Shown here: positions 22,747-23,598 of the stretch, piece by piece
Layout: the number at the start of each line of letters is the position of its first letter
How positions within the stretch are numbered: position 1 is the stretch's first letter
Virus record (IMG/VR): IMGVR_UViG_3300023312_000045
Length of the DNA stretch: 23,598 nucleotides
Source: a virus
Taxonomy: Duplodnaviria > Heunggongvirae > Uroviricota > Caudoviricetes
Strand: one strand, 5' to 3'
Notes under the pieces: generated by a model
The model's input: the letters and a program-made list of their open reading frames with translations, nothing else
Told to the model about the DNA's origin: nothing
Database searches by the model: none
Position numbers and translations under genes: made by a program

Positions 22747-23598
22747 ATGACGGTCTCAACCGAAGTTGACCACAACGAATACACAGGTAACGGCGTTACG
22801 ACATCGTTTCCGTATACTTTTCGAATTTTCAGAAAATCAGACCTGGTTGTTCAGGTGTCTGACCTGAACGGAAACGTAACAGAATTGGTTCTGGATACCG
22901 GTTATACGGTAACTGGGGCGGGCACTTATAGTGGCGGTTCTGTGGTTCTTCCGTCTCCGCTTGCTACTGGATGGCGAATTACGATAGATCGTGTGCTTGA
23001 TGTAGTGCAGGAGACAGACCTTCGCAATCAGGGAAAATTTTTCCCAGAAGTGCATGAAGATGCCTTTGACTACCTGACGATGCTGATCCAGCAATGTTTT
23101 GGGTGGTTCAGACGTGCATTGATGAAACCATCTTTGCTTGCAAAATATTACGATGCAAAGCAAAACAAAATTTCTAACCTTGCAGATCCATCATTTGAGC
23201 AGGACGCTGTAAATAATCGCTCAATGCGTAATTATGTCGATGCTGCAATCGCCGGGGTTGTTGGTGGTTTTGGTTGGTTTATTCAGTATGGTTCTGGGGC
23301 TGTGTACCGAACGTTCCAGGATAAAATGCGTGATGCTATTAGCCCCAAAGATTTTGGAGCTGTTGGTGATGGTATAAATGACGATTCCACTGCAATAAGC
23401 GCGTGCCTTGAAGCCTCATCTCCAGGTTATAAAATTGACGGATTAGGGCTTACTTTTAAAGTATCAACTCTTCCGGATGTCAGTCGATTTAAAAATGCTC
23501 GTTTTTTATTTGAGAGAATACCGGGCCAGCCTCTTTTTTATGCTTCTGAAGATTTTATCCAGGGAGAGTTATTTAAAATTACAGATACACCGTGGTAC
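22747..23598 (+). CDS. Tailspike/tail fibre protein, 5' partial (runs off window end): T7 gp17-like N-terminal adaptor domain followed by the start of a pectate-lyase-type beta-helix
   Basis: Open frame from ATG 22747 to the window end (284 codons, translated by hand; absent from the ORF track because it has no stop). N-terminus GNGVTTSFPYTFRIFRKSDLVVQV parallels T7 gp17 DGSNRDFNIPFEYLARKFVVV as recalled; FGAVGDGINDDSTAI is the hallmark start of beta-helix depolymerase domains. Confidence 0.75.
   Translation, partial: MTVSTEVDHNEYTGNGVTTSFPYTFRIFRKSDLVVQVSDLNGNVTELVLDTGYTVTGAGTYSGGSVVLPSPLATGWRITIDRVLDVVQETDLRNQGKFFPEVHEDAFDYLTMLIQQCFGWFRRALMKPSLLAKYYDAKQNKISNLADPSFEQDAVNNRSMRNYVDAAIAGVVGGFGWFIQYGSGAVYRTFQDKMRDAISPKDFGAVGDGINDDSTAISACLEASSPGYKIDGLGLTFKVSTLPDVSRFKNARFLFERIPGQPLFYASEDFIQGELFKITDTPWY

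Larger units (their letters stand above)
1..23598. mobile_element. Late/virion region of a temperate podovirus-type prophage or phage genome (partial; both ends open)
   Basis: Contiguous terminase, portal, scaffold, capsid, tail tubular A/B, internal virion protein and tailspike genes plus antirepressor genes and a LexA box; tightly packed overlapping ATGA/TGATG gene junctions typical of phage late operons. Confidence 0.85.

Noticed and set aside
1-23598. CRISPR arrays, rRNA genes, integrase/recombinase, CI/Cro-type repressor genes
   Set aside because: No regularly spaced direct repeats, rRNA-like sequence, or ORFs with recombinase or repressor hallmarks were recognised anywhere in the window.

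Overview
This window is the late (virion morphogenesis) region of a temperate podovirus-type prophage with enterobacterial-like composition. The + strand runs terS, terL, a small inserted island (minus-strand moron gene and a phage tRNA-Arg(UCU) with its own terminators), then portal, scaffold, major capsid, T7-type tail tubular proteins A/B and a block of internal virion (ejection) proteins, one carrying a lytic transglycosylase domain. Next comes an accessory island that looks AT-rich by eye: a Sec-signal protein, a minus-strand operon of a 62-aa glycine-zipper membrane peptide coupled to a 110-aa 3-TM protein, and a small secreted Cys peptide. After that is a minus-strand immI-like locus with an AntA-type antirepressor and a LexA-box-controlled paralogue of its C-terminal domain, then the 5' part of a tailspike gene that runs off the window end. 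Two short palindromes recur at operon boundaries: TTACC-N5-GGTAA (5 exact copies) and GTGACATGTCAC (3 exact copies). No integrase, CI-type repressor, lysis cassette, CRISPR array or rRNA was seen. All calls come from reading the sequence and from recalled family features; no database search, fold prediction or GC computation was run.
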